This document shows, one piece after another, positions 11,185 through 22,709 of a stretch of 64,000 nt of DNA. Numbering within the stretch: the first letter of the stretch is position 1; every line of letters begins with the position of its first letter. Origin of the DNA: Chiloscyllium plagiosum. Its lineage: Eukaryota. The position numbers were made by a program, and so were the translations under genes. The notes under the pieces were generated by a model that searched no databases, had not been told where the DNA came from, and worked only from the letters and a program-made list of their open reading frames with translations. The DNA lies in contig NC_057752.1 in assembly GCF_004010195.1 (NCBI RefSeq), positions 1,381,902-1,445,901 on the forward strand, written 5' to 3'.

Positions 11185-11665
11185 TGTTGGAGGCCATTCA
11201 GCCCATTGAGGTAAAAACAATGACTGCAGATGCTGGAAACCAGATTCTGGATCAGTGGTGCTGGAAGAGCACAGCAATTCAGGCAGCATCCGAGGAGCTT
11301 CGAAATCGACATTACGGACAAAAGCCCTTCATCAGGAATCATGAAGGGCCTGAAGGGCTTTTGCCCGAAATGTCGATTTCGAAGCTCCTCGGATGCTGCC
11401 TGAATTGCTGTGCTCTTCCAGCACCACTGATCCAGAATTCAGCCCATTGAGTCTGCTCCACCGTTCAATGAGATTACGTCTGATCTGATAATCTTCCAAC
11501 TCCATTTTCCTGCCTTTTCCACATTTCCACTTCCCTTACTGATTAAAAATCTCTCAGCCTCAGCTGCAGTGAAGAATTCCATAGATCCATTATCCGCAGA
11601 GATGAGAAATGTCTCATATCTCTGTCTTAAATGTACAACCCTTGACTCTGAACGTATGGCTATTC
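11185..11665 (-). mobile_element. CR1 LINE 3' end interrupted by a fold-back element
   Basis: Shares the CR1 3' UTR seen at 22710-23060 (ccattcagcc...ttcaatgagat...gatctgataatc). Confidence 0.75.
11211..11436. mobile_element. Fold-back Penelope-derived element (family A) with 15-bp TSD
   Basis: About 90-bp near-perfect inverted arms. The TSD attcagcccattgag is at 11196-11210 and 11437-11451. Both hammerhead cores are mutated. Confidence 0.85.
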
Positions 11666-11794
11666 TTTGTGTGTGAGCCAATGGACTGTCTTACCATGGG
11701 GCTCATCCCAACATGCCAGAGCTTCTTCACCTCCACTGCTCAGGGCTACACAATGCCCCACATTTGATATTTTACCTCCAATTTTGGAGAACAT

Positions 11795-12310
11795 TTTATT
11801 CACATTCAGTGACTGTACATAATGCAAAAAAGAAATCATCAGAAGGGCTTGATAGACAGGATCATTATATTCCTGGGATTTCTCCCCAAATCCCAGATTT
11901 CCGATCTTCAAGACAGACCAGATGATAATTTGCATTGCTTTAGCACCTCATGGAACCCATCGCAGATCGTGCTGCTTCTAGGCAGCCTCCAGGAACTGCC
12001 TCATTTTCAACTGGCCTGGCATGTTCTGCTGTGGCTGCAGGCACTGCCAGTGGACGCTCCTGGTAGGTAACATCAGCTTTGGCCAGCACACAGCTGCTCC
12101 CTCCACTGAGGGCACCTGCTAGGACACTCCCCATCACGTGGCTGACTGCTGAGCCCACTGCCGCTCCCACAGCCGTGCTCACCATCTGTGCTATCCAACC
12201 CAGCTGCCAGAACTACAGTGGGTGGGGGCAATGGCTGTTGGTGGAGGGTGAGCAAGGCACAGGAAGGGGCTGAGCTGCTCCCTTGGCTCTGGCTTCCTCT
12301 GGGCCATCAT
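11795..12310 (-). pseudogene. CHCHD2: Processed pseudogene of CHCHD2 (CHCHD2/CHCHD10 family)
   Basis: The intronless minus strand with frameshifts reads M-PRGSQSQGSS...[47 protein letters not shown]...[12 protein letters not shown]...[18 protein letters not shown]. Compare [23 protein letters not shown]...DITYQE...CEGFNEVLKQC. The stop is at 11910-11908 and AATAAA at 11800-11795. DVTYQE and EVLKQC..GLS* favour CHCHD2, while HVMGS resembles CHCHD10. Confidence 0.88.
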
Positions 12311-12362
12311 GAGACAGGGAGCAGGAGCAGGAATGGGCTCCAGCCAAATGGAATGAACTCAT

Positions 12363-12434
12363 TGCCAAAACCTGGGATTGAACCAGGGACCTTTAGATCT
12401 TTAATCTAACACATCCCCAGGTGAGGGCAGTGGC
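12363..12434 (-). pseudogene. tRNA-Phe-derived pseudogene
   Basis: The minus strand gccactgccctcacctggggatgtgttagattaaagatctaaaggtccctggttcaatcccaggttttggca compares with vertebrate tRNA-Phe(GAA) GCCGAAATAGCTCAGTTGGGAGAGCGTTAGACTGAAGATCTAAAGGTCCCTGGTTCGATCCCGGGTTTCGGCA. The anticodon now reads AAA and the acceptor and D arms are damaged. Confidence 0.85.
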
Positions 12435-12680
12435 TAGGAGGATGTTTCCTGGCTGGACAGCCTACAGCTAGGGTTTACAGTCTCAGAATAAGGCTCTGGC
12501 CATTTCGATCTGAGAAGTGGATATATTTCTTTCCACAAAAGGGTGTGAATCTTCAGAATTCTCGACCCAGGAGCACTGTGGCTGCTTTGTTGAGGAGTTT
12601 ATTCAAAAGGCAGAGATCAATAGATTTTTGCGTACTAAGGGAATCGAGTGATATGGGGCTAGTGCGAGAGGCTAGACTGA
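12435..12680 (+). mobile_element. Old CR1 3' fragment
   Basis: aggatgtttcc...cagtctcagaataagg...gtgtgaatcttcagaattctc...gagatcaatagattttt. Confidence 0.65.
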
Positions 12681-12729
12681 ATAATGGAGTGTGGATGAGG
12701 AGCCCCAGGACCTACAGATAGGGTTAGAG

Positions 12730-12880
12730 GAGAGAAACATGGTAAAGGCCAAAACAAAAAGCTCTTTACATGAATGGACACAATATTCATCACAAGCTGG
12801 ATGAATTGATGGCACACATACAAGTAAATGGGGAGAATCTAATAGCCGCTACATAGATTTAGGTCTAAATTTAACGTTCC
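12730..12880 (+). mobile_element. CR1 ORF2 N-terminal AP-endonuclease remnant
   Basis: Translates to approximately KALYMNGHNIHHKLDELMAHIQVNG, matching the CR1 EN start motif (ALYxNARSIxNKxDEL). Confidence 0.6.
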
Positions 12881-12895
12881 TGATGTGGGCCCCAT

Positions 12896-13658
12896 AGTCA
12901 GAGTCATAGAGATGTACAGCATGGAAACAGACCCTTCGGTCCAACCCGTCCATGCCGACCAGATATCCTAACCCAATCTAGTCCCACCTGCCAGCACCCG
13001 GCCCATATCCCTCCAAACCCTTCCTATTCACATAGCAATCCAGATGCCGCTTAAATGTTATAATTGTACCAGCCTACACCACTTCCTCTGGCAGCTCATT
13101 CCACCCTCTGCGTGAAAAAGTTGCCCCTTAGGTCTCTTTTATATCTTTCCCCTCTCACCCTAAACCTATGCCCTCTAGTTCTGGACTCCCCCACCCCAGG
13201 GAAAAGGCTTTGTCTATTGATCCTATCCATGCCCCTCATAATTTTATAAACCTCTATAAGGTCACCCCTCAGCCTCCGATGCTCCAGGGAAAACAGCCCC
13301 AGCCTATTCAGCCTCTCCCGATAGCTCAAACCCGCCAACCCTGGCAACATCCTTGAAAATCTTTTCTGAACCCTTTCAAGTTTCACAACATCTTTCCGAT
13401 AGGAAGGAGACCAGAATTGCATGCAATATTCCAACAGTGGCCTAACCAATGTCCTGTACAGCCACAACATGACCTCCCAACTCTTGTACTCAATACTCTG
13501 ACCAATAAAGGAAAGCATACCAAACGCCTTCTTCACTGTCCTATCTACCTGCGACTCCACTTTCAAGGAGTTATGAAACTGCACTCCAAGGTCTCTTTGT
13601 TCAGCAACACTCCCCAGGACCTCACCATTAAGTGTATAAGTCCTGCTAAGATTTGCTT
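12896..13658 (-). mobile_element. HER1/CR1-type LINE 3' fragment
   Basis: ORF 13096..13680 reads EQRDLGV...LYRTLVRPLLEYCMQFWSP...RRLRGDLIEVYKIM...FFTQRV. The tail is ctctatgactct. Confidence 0.93.
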
Positions 13659-14168
13659 TTGGAGAACAGGTGAGAAACACACATTGCTTCGGTGAGGGAG
13701 GTTCAACTGAATTAAGTTCCTCTCCAGTAATTAACTGGTCAGCATCAGGCTTTTCCCAGGGTTTAGGACCCCAGCAACAGAAATCCTGCCCGCTGAGAGT
13801 TACCAGGCAGAGGCCAACAGCTCTCTGTTGTTGGCAGTCACTAAGAGCATGGCTGTTGCTGTATATACAGTGACGCTTTCACCAGAGATCATTGTGGGAC
13901 CCATGGAAGAAGCAGATGGAGTGCCCTGGGATCACTGCCTTGGGAGGGTTGTTTTTAATGCAAGAGCCAAGGGCTGTCTCTTAGAAGCCATCCACCTTGC
14001 TGATGCTGTATCCTTCGATAAGGTACTTAAGGGCTTTTGAAAGAAGGATTCCCAATTTACAAGGTTTATTGGGAGACCTTCAGGAGAAACAGGAATTCTC
14101 GGCAAGTCCAGGAGAATCTCTGGGCCACATCTAAATTATTTCAGTTAATCTAGAGCTCCTACATAATA

Positions 14169-14478
14169 GGGTGGCACAGTGACTCAGTGGTTAGCCTGCT
14201 GCCGCACAACACTAGGTACTTGGTTTCAATTCCAGCCTCGGGCGACTGTTTGTGGGGAGTTTGCACATTCTCCCCACGTTTGCGTGAGAGTTTCCTCTGG
14301 GTGCTCTGGTTCCCTCCCAAAATCCAAAGATGTATAGGTTAACGTGAATGAGCCATGGGAAATGCAGAGTTACAGGGATAGGGTAGGGGATTAGGTCTGG
14401 GTGGGTCACTCTTCAGAGGGTCGGTGTGGACTTGTTGGGCCAAATGGCCTGTTTCCACACTGCAGGGATCCTATGATT
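14169..14478 (+). mobile_element. HE1-type SINE
   Basis: Head gggtggcacagtgactcagtggttag, then the core and tail. Confidence 0.85.
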
Positions 14479-16109
14479 CTATAGTTATCAATGTAAAAAT
14501 ACACATTAAGTAATAGAAACGTAACGCAGGGGATATACATATTAATGTTTATACTTTGTTCACAGCATAAATCACTTAAATAATAATGCAACTTTGCTTT
14601 CAATAAAACTTACTGGCAGAGAGCCTTCTCACTTGCACCCTTAACTGACCACATGGAGGTATTGAAGGAGAAACTGACGTGAAATTGAATCTCAACTGTT
14701 GATATTTCTTGTGGCCATTCGATTGAACAAGTATATTTACACTGAGGTTAATAAATGTAAAAACTGTAATAACTGGAGAGAATAATACAGTAGACTTTGC
14801 AATACTTGGAGGTATACACTTTTTGCCAGTTTATCCAGAGTGCTGGTTCACAAAGTGCCAGTTAAAACAAAGCTTGCTGTATAAGGGAGTCACAAGGACA
14901 AACAGAAAAGTCCAGCTGAGGCCAAAATCAGATCAGCCTTGACTGGATTGAGTGGCAGAACAGGTTTGACGGGCTATATGGCCAACTCCTGCTCCCATTT
15001 CTACAGTTTCATGTTCTTAATCCTGTTCCGGTTTCTTATATTCTTATGAGCTGTTAGGGAAAGCCTCAAATAAAGGTTTCTAAACCTTATAACAAAGATT
15101 ACACTTGGAAAGCTGAAAATGCAAAGTCCTTTGAGTCTTTACAAATTGGGGAAAACAGCAAATTGCAAAATAACCGTGAGGGAGGGGCCTGGTAAGTTTT
15201 GAAGTAATGACTGTTAGAAAATACAAAGAAAACAAACACTGCAACAGTTTTCCAACTTCATAATACCAGGAATCTTTAGCAGTTCAACGTAACGCAGAAA
15301 TACAGTTATCTATCAACATTGCTACCTTCCAGTGTTTTCCTAAAATGATAAACGAAGTCATATATTTTCATGTGCCCTCGTGTTATTTTCTTAAGGAAAT
15401 GATTAACAAATAATATAGAGAACAGTTTACAATCTGCAAGAACCTCCATTAACATTAAACAATGACTTCCAAGCCTGTTCACAGATATGCATTAGTCTGG
15501 TGGCTGATAAGTTATTGAAGCCACATTGCCCTGAATAATCTTATTTATTAAAGTCGCTGTGATTGGCAGAGTGGAAATCTTGTAGTTACTTCATCGCCAG
15601 AGTTAGAACAGCAGGTTGGAAAAAGGAAGTTATCAAAGTAAATATCTAAACCCCCAAAATGAGCCACATTTTCCACAAAAGTAGCAGCTCTCCTGAATGC
15701 AATCGCTACAAGAGACAGGCAGCTTCAAATTCTCAACGCAAAAGGTAAAGGCCGCTTGAGTAGCAGCTGGAGAGTTGAAAATAATTAGAGCATCAATAGT
15801 TAACTAGGTCTCTTAAGAGATTAAGCAGCTTCACAGCCACAGGTGTGGGCTCTCAATTGAAGGCAAACAGCATACTCTGGTCGTTCCAAGGGGGTGTAAT
15901 GAATGAGTTCCGAAATGGACAAAATGCACTAGAGGGTGGTACAGGGTGATGTTGAAACACGTCATCAGATGAATTCGCACATGACATTAAACTAAAAAGA
16001 TGGCGGTCTTCCTCCCCAAGCAAAAACCCCATGCGCAAGACGAGTCTGTCATTTGAGATGTTCAACCGTGCTTTGATTGTGTCAATTTGCAGAAGCCTAT
16101 CTGAAGTCA

Positions 16110-16350
16110 TCGTCATAGAGATGTACAACACGGAAATAGACCCCTCGGTCCAACTCTTCCATGCCGACTAGATATCCTAAATTAATCGAGTCCCATCTGC
16201 CAGCACTTGGCCCATATCCCTCTCAACCCTTCCTATTCATGTCCCCATCCAGGTGCCTTTTAAATGTTGTCATTGTACCAGCCTCCACCACTTCCTCTGG
16301 CAGCTCATTCCTTACACACACCACCCTCTGTGTGAAAAGGTTGCCCCTTA
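16110..16350 (-). mobile_element. HER1/CR1 LINE 3' end
   Basis: Same tail family as 12896-13658. Confidence 0.85.
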
Positions 16351-16989
16351 AAGAGAAACCAGGAGTGTGGGTAGCATCAAGAAAATAGATTTACCCGATA
16401 GATACTACAAGCATCCAGTGAAACAATGACTGAGCGGCAAGGAATTAAAAAAAAATTCAGTGAATATGCCACCACAGACAATACACTCTGAGTAACTGAC
16501 TACTGTCTATCTAATGATGGAGCTTCAATTCCCTGACCTGGGACATCAGTGGAGATAGTCATTAACCTGGGATAATTAAGTGATTATGCTGTCCAGACTG
16601 TACAGTCTCTCTGATTACTGCTGGGAAGATGTAGCAGCTCATTATTTCAAAGGTTTAACATTTCCGAAGTGACGATAGTTGAAGTGCGTATGGCAATATG
16701 CCAGAAATCAGATACATTTAATTCCCTGTTCCCACAATCAGAAGGCAAATGTGTAAATTAAACCAATTCCCCCCAACCAATCCCTCTCAAAGAGACTGAA
16801 AATTATAAGCAGCACATTTCACCCATCAGGTTCAGTCAGGGTACAGCGTGCTCACAGGATTTACAGGGTTGCACAGATATTATACACCATGTACATGCTT
16901 GGGCAGCACTAAGATAGTAAAAATAATTGGTTTTAGATCAAAGCAGAAGCATGCACAGAGGATAGCTTTTTCATCCCAAGTCAAAATGC

Positions 16990-17270
16990 CTCAGGATTCA
17001 GGCCCCCTTCAGGACCTCAGCACATCCTCTAGGCTGACACTACAGCACTGCACGGTTAGAGGTGGCACCTTTTGGTTAAAACATTAAACCAGGGTCACAG
17101 CGACTTGCTCGGGGGAGAACAGACTCATGGCACTAATTGACAGGCAGAATTCCTCAGCTAACGTTTCTCTTTTCATCAACACCAACAAAAGCAATTCACT
17201 GGTCATGCATATCGTTGCTGCTTATGGGATCTTGCTGTGCGCAACCTGGCTACCACTTACCTACAAAATA
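16990..17270 (+). mobile_element. DeuSINE-like SINE, degraded
   Basis: aggctgacact...agaggtggcaccttttggttaaaacattaaacc...tatgggatcttgctgtg. Confidence 0.5.
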
Positions 17271-17295
17271 ATACTGACAGCATTTTGGACATTAA

Positions 17296-17880
17296 CAAGT
17301 GCTGGAGAAACTCAACGGTGTGGAGAGAGAAGCAGAGTTAATGTTTCAAGTCCAACGTGACTCTTCTTTGGAACGGAAGAGAGAGGGAGAAATGTGATGA
17401 CTTTTATGAAAGAGAAGGGAAAAGGGCAAGTAAAACAAAAGGGAAGGTCAGGAAAGGATAAGAGGACAAGGGAGATAGGAAATAAAAGGTGTCACAGAAC
17501 AAAAGATCGAGTGGTAATGATTGTTGAGAGGTGACAAAGAAATCCAGAGTGGGTGCGAACCGCAGAAGAAAAGGTCAGCTCAAACTGAAACTGAGAAAAT
17601 GGGCTAAGTCATGGTGGACAGGGGTTATATACCGTAGATAGAGTTCATTGTGTGATACTGTTGAGCTCAGTGTTGTGTCCAGAAGGTTGGAAAATAAGAT
17701 GTTATTTTCTCAGCTTGCGGTGGTCTTCACTAGACCACTGCAGCAGGCCCAGGACAGAAACATGAGCAAGTAACCAGAGTAGTGTATCAAAATGGCAAAT
17801 GACTGGAAGGCTGGGGTCCCACTGGTGGACTGAGCAGAGGTGTTCTGTGAAGTTGGTCACCCAGTCTGCATTTAGTCCCC
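17296..17880 (-). mobile_element. Old Penelope-like element 3' fragment
   Basis: Minus ORF ...ICHFDTLLWLLAHVSVLGLLQWSSEDHRKLRK resembles the post-GIY-YIG end at 57724-58292 and leads into a family-B terminus at about 17300-17370. Confidence 0.6.
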
Positions 17881-18188
17881 CCCAATGATTTTGGAAGAAA
17901 TTCTCTGACTGTGAAGTGCTCTGAGACATTAAGGACATGATGCAAATTCTTTCTTTCACAGGCCCTGCCGCTCCAACTGCTTCAGCGAAGCTATTGCTCA
18001 AACGTTAAGACCAATACTTTGAATGCTTTGAAGGGATAAAATCATGTTTTCCCCCTTGTTGCAGGAAATAAATCAAGCTAGCTATTTGAAGTGAATTTGA
18101 TTGTAACCATGTCAAAAGCACAATCAAGGTCATTAACAAATGCTGGGCTACGTTACTGTAGATTAGGTCGTTGCACTGTTCAGTTTAC

Positions 18189-18321
18189 CTTGAGAGCCTG
18201 GTTGAAGTTATCCACCATACCAAGCCACTGTTGAGTCTGTTTGGCAAACTGGGCGGCCTGGATCTGCAGCGTTTTTACTTCATTGTCCAGTTTCCGCTGA
18301 TTCACATATGCCTGAGCCACT
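18189..18321 (-). CDS. BLOC1S1: BLOC1S1 penultimate exon (133 nt): (G)VAQAYVNQRKLDNEVKTLQIQAAQFAKQTQQWLGMVDNFNQALK
   Basis: Matches human GVAQAYMNQRKLDHEVKTLQVQAAQFAKQTGQWIGMVENFNQALK. The acceptor is ctgtctccttttcag (phase 2) and the donor AAG|gtaaac (phase 0). It splices in frame to 4558. Confidence 0.97.
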
Positions 18322-18741
18322 CTGAAAAGGAGACAGCAATGTATCAATCAGCAATCTTGCAGAGGCTCAGAAATGACTGGTTATTTGTTTTCCATTGACA
18401 TGATCAACAATTTCATCACCATTTGTAATTATTTATCTCACTGAACATGAAGAGTCTATTTTTTTTGCTTAATAAAGTACACGGCATTTGCACTTTCTTA
18501 ATGTGTATGCTAATGCAATCAATGCATTCTTCAAAGAAATGTCATAGATATCTACAGCATGGAAACAGGCCCTTCGGCCCAACTTGCCATGTGTGTCTAC
18601 TATCAAGACAAAACAGGGCAGCAATGTCCTTGGAACACCATCCTTGTTATGTTCACCTTCCAAGTCTCTCACACACCAGCCTGGTTTGAACATATATATT
18701 TTTGATCCTTAACTGTTGCTAGGCCAGTACCCTGAAATTCA

Positions 18742-18902
18742 ATAGACAATAGGTGCAGGAGTAGGCCATTCAGCCCTTCGAGCCTGCACCGCCATTCAAT
18801 ATGATCATGGCTGATCATTCCTAATCAGTATCCTCTTCCTGCCTTATCTCCATAACCCTTGATTCCACTATCTTTGAGAGCTCTATCCAACTCTTTCTTA
18901 AA
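18742..18902 (-). mobile_element. CR1 3' end
   Basis: aatagacaataggtgcaggagtaggccattcagcccttcgagcctgcaccgccattcaat is a CR1 3' UTR in reverse. Confidence 0.75.
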
Positions 18903-19309
18903 GGTGTGAAGCTGCCTGTGGCCAAATGCAGCACGACTTAGAAAATTTCCAGATTGGGCTGAAAAATTAACAACTGCCATTATCACATTACATCGTCAGC
19001 CAATAAGCATCAATAAAGAATTTAGCTTTCATCACCTGATATCCATTGTCGTTACAATCACGGAATCCCCCATCTTAGGAGTTACGCTTAACCAGAAACT
19101 GAACTCGGTGAGTAATTTAAATATGTACTTGAAATAAGGTTGTAATGATTTGACAAACAGAGAGCTGGAGTGCATGTTATTGTTAATTGCACTTTCGCTG
19201 AGAAGGTCCTTCAATGTTTAAATGGCTAACAACGGTCAGCTGGGATTTGTCTATTGTGTTTCCTCTGCACTCGATGGGCAGGATCCATTCGTGAAATGTT
19301 TCCTTTGCT

Positions 19310-19465
19310 CGAAGGTGAAACCATACATTTATCCACATTAAACTGCATCTGCCATGCATCTGCCCACTCACCTTACTTGTCCAGTTCACCCTGTAATCTC
19401 CTAACATCCTCCTCACATTTCACCCTGCCACCCAGCATTGTATCATCAGCAAATTTGCTAATGTT
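19310..19465 (-). mobile_element. CR1 RT fragment
   Basis: The minus strand encodes approximately ISKFADDT...LQGELDKVSEWADAWQMQFNVDKC. Confidence 0.75.
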
Positions 19466-20669
19466 ATTCCTGGGCTAACTGATCATTGGGTAGCACCACA
19501 AAAGGACTGCAGTGATTGAGTGAGATGTCAACACTATCTTCTCAGAGCAAACTTCCCTGCGTCATTCATATCCAAAACCAAAGTTTATTTTTTTAAAAAT
19601 CCTCTCCTGATATCAAGACTCCCATGCCAAACAAAACGGAATCCTCACCCAGACAGGTCACAACTGCTTTTCCCGAGTTATAACTGTTGGTGTTCAGATA
19701 GAGCAGTGCTTTACATAAAGTTTCACAGGTGCTACCAGGCATTGGGTTGAAGGAAATATTGATGGCAACATATAACAGAAGTCCCGACAGTAAATCAGGC
19801 TGTAACCTGATTTGAACGTGCTTTGATAGCCAAATTCAAGCTCCATTTCGAGAGTCAATGGGCTGCAGCCCACTCAGGCAGGAGTACCTACAGCAGGTTC
19901 TTGACATGAGAAAAACCATTCCTAATTAAGTTTGGGCAAGATGGGGCTAGTTTGGGAATCCTGTCCACTGACAGTAGGCAGCCAATTATTTCACAGCCCA
20001 CTGTAACTTAATGGTGGCTGAGGGACTGACCAGGATTTGCTCAGCTCTCCTGTGCCTTCTGAAGGCCAGCCTACAAACTGTGCTGTATTTAGGTGTGGCC
20101 TTGTGGGGTGGAGCTGTTTAGGAAGCAGAGGGACCTCGCAGACAGACACTTTCAGCCGAATTGAGGGAACTGGCATTGGGAAGGGGTTGACATCAAAAGC
20201 CTTCCTCTTTGATCTCGGTAGAGATACTGACAGCAGCCACTGTGCCTGGACACAGAATGGTGAACTGTCAGTTTCCTTCCCACTCAGGGCAAGGGTTGTG
20301 TGGAAGTTCCCATGCTAGCCAGTAGGTGTCTTAAGTACAGCTCCTTGTATTGGGCCTCCCCTTCAGAAACCACGCAGGGTTTCCACCAGCTTTTAAAACT
20401 GGTCGGAGCAAGCAGCGAGAGGCCATGTTGCTGCGATACAGTCCAGCCAACCATTACTGCGTGACAAGCAAAGGCCCAGCTCAAGAGAACGGGATGTGCC
20501 TGCTCCATCTGAAGCACAAGTGCCTCCGGCAGCAGCTGGAAACAGTTTCTGCTGCTGCCAGGCACAGGACACAGCGACGATACACACCATTTTTTAACGT
20601 GCCATTGCCAATGCTTAGAATCCTTCAACTTCAACTCCAACTTCCTGCTGCTTTTTCTCATTCACCCAT

Positions 20670-21335
20670 GGCATGTGGGCATCACTGGCTGGGCCCAGTA
20701 TTTATTGCCTGCCCCTAGTTGCCCCTTGGGAAGTTGAGGGTAGGCTGCCTGCTTGCCCCCAGGGAGAGAATTCCAGGATCTTGACCCAAAGACAGTGAAG
20801 GAACGGCAATGTATTTCCAAGTTATGATGGTGAGTGGCTTGGAGGGCAACTTGCAGGGAACTTGGTGTTCCCATATATCTGCTGCCCTCGTCCTTCTGGA
20901 TGGAAGTAGTCAGGGATTTGGAAGGTGCTGTCTGAAGATCTTTGGTGAATTTCTGCAGTGCATCTTGTAGATAGCACACGCTGCTGCTACTGAGCATCGG
21001 TGGGGGAGGGAGTGGATATTTGTTGAAGGTGGTGCCAATCAAGTGGGGGCTGCTTTGTCCTGGATGGCGTTGAGCTTCTTGAGTGTTGTTGGAGCTGCCC
21101 CCATCCAGGCAAGTGGGGAGTATCCCATCACACTCCTGACTTGGGCCTCGTAGATGGTGGACAGGCTGTGGGGAGTCAGGAGGGGAGTTACTCGTCGGAG
21201 TATTCCCAGCCTCTGTCCTGCTCTTGTAGCCACGGAGAGAGAATCCCAGGATTTTGACTCAGCGACACTGAAGGATCAGTAATATATTTCCAAGTCAGGA
21301 TGGTGAGTGGCTTGGAGGGGAACCTGAAGGCGGAG
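20670..21335 (-). mobile_element. Second CR1/L2-group LINE family, 3' region
   Basis: ORF reads RAGQRLGILRRVTPLLTPHSLSTIYEAQVRSVMGYSPLAWMGAAPTTLKKLNAIQDKAA and later RSFTVFGSRSWNSLP. Related copies are at 33300-33870, 38020-38170, 40010-40845 and 45090-45420. Confidence 0.8.
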
Positions 21336-22709
21336 GTGTTCGCTTATGAGCATAGCTCGTAAACAGATTAAAATGTATGGCAAGGGAAGGCAGAACAACA
21401 ACTTTTTTTAAGGATGCACAAGAGGCCAGAATTAGAACAGTATGGAGATAATAAGATGTATTCTGGAGCATCCACATGTTACAGAATCACTTCAATTTGA
21501 AGGGAAATAATTTTGTACTGTACAGAAGGAAAGTACAGAGCCATAAAGGGTTGCAATGGATTTGGAGGAGGTTGAAAAATCTATTTTAGGATTAACTGGT
21601 TAACAATAATCGCCTTCCAGGATGAAATACCACCAACAAGCTAGCACTAATGGCGATATGCAATAGGAGACAGCTGACTTAACGTCATTCCAATTAAACA
21701 GGCTTGAAGTGCTGTATGTACAAAATTACGGAGATGATACTTTGCGGCTGTGATGTCCTGCCATAATTGAGCAGCTTGCCAGATCGCTTTGCCATGGCTT
21801 TAGCATGAGGAATGTTTTGTGCAAGGGGAACAGAGGCTAGGCAGGAGTTAGGCCTTTTAGGAGAGAGGGCTAGAATTTAGAAGGAAAAAGAGAGCATTTG
21901 TGTTAATATTTATGATTCTCATGCTCACAGTGAATATTAGCGATTTCCCAAAAGATTGCCGTCTAATAAATATTCTGTGTTAAGATTCTTGCAAATACTG
22001 TCAGGAAGCTATTTCTGGTCCTGCTTAAATGCTTAAGTTACTTTGGTCGTCTTCTTTGGGTTCCTCATGTTCAACTTCATTGGAAGGAGTGACAAACAAA
22101 ATTACTTTAGCTGTCTGCTTTCTGAGGTAAAGCTGTTCAAATATAAAACACTTTAAACAAATACAATTTTAAGAACTTGGGTCATTTACTTTCCTGGGTT
22201 GCTGACTTTGAAACCCTGAAGCAGAGGCATCTACGTTGACTCAAATCAGCAGGAGGCTGTGCCATGGGACGTGATTAGTTCTGTGCTAGAGGCATCCACT
22301 CCTTAATGTCAGCTTATGAACTAAACTCGAGTGAGCTGAGGCTGCAATGGGGAAGCTGGAGGCCATGTGAACTGATGAGGGACATGGGCAGGGCGATTCT
22401 ACATTTCAATTACAATTGTTAGAGGCACTCAGACCAGGTTGGATACTTTATACATAATCAAACAAATTTGGTTCGATTGTTTAAAGATGTATGAAGCAAT
22501 CAACCGCATGGCCAGTTTACTAAATGTGCTAGTAAGCTTGTTAGGTGATAAACAGCTAGCCATCCAGTGAAGAACCAATCTGCAACATCAGGGAAAAGTG
22601 CTCTGAAGCCCAGGAATAGACGATATTTGGTCTGAGTCTTCAGAGAGCCCACGACCGGATGTGTAAAATCATTATGAGGGAGTCACTGGACACTGGGGGA
22701 CACCAATAC

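Noticed and set aside
11211..11436. Fold-back elements as MITEs or pre-miRNAs
   Set aside because: Variable 8-15 bp TSDs, unequal arms, single-arm copies and identity with Penelope 3' ends favour a retroelement origin. Hairpin shape alone does not support a miRNA.
12363..12434. Functional tRNA-Phe gene
   Set aside because: The acceptor stem and D arm are disrupted and the anticodon loop is mutated, so it is kept as a pseudogene.
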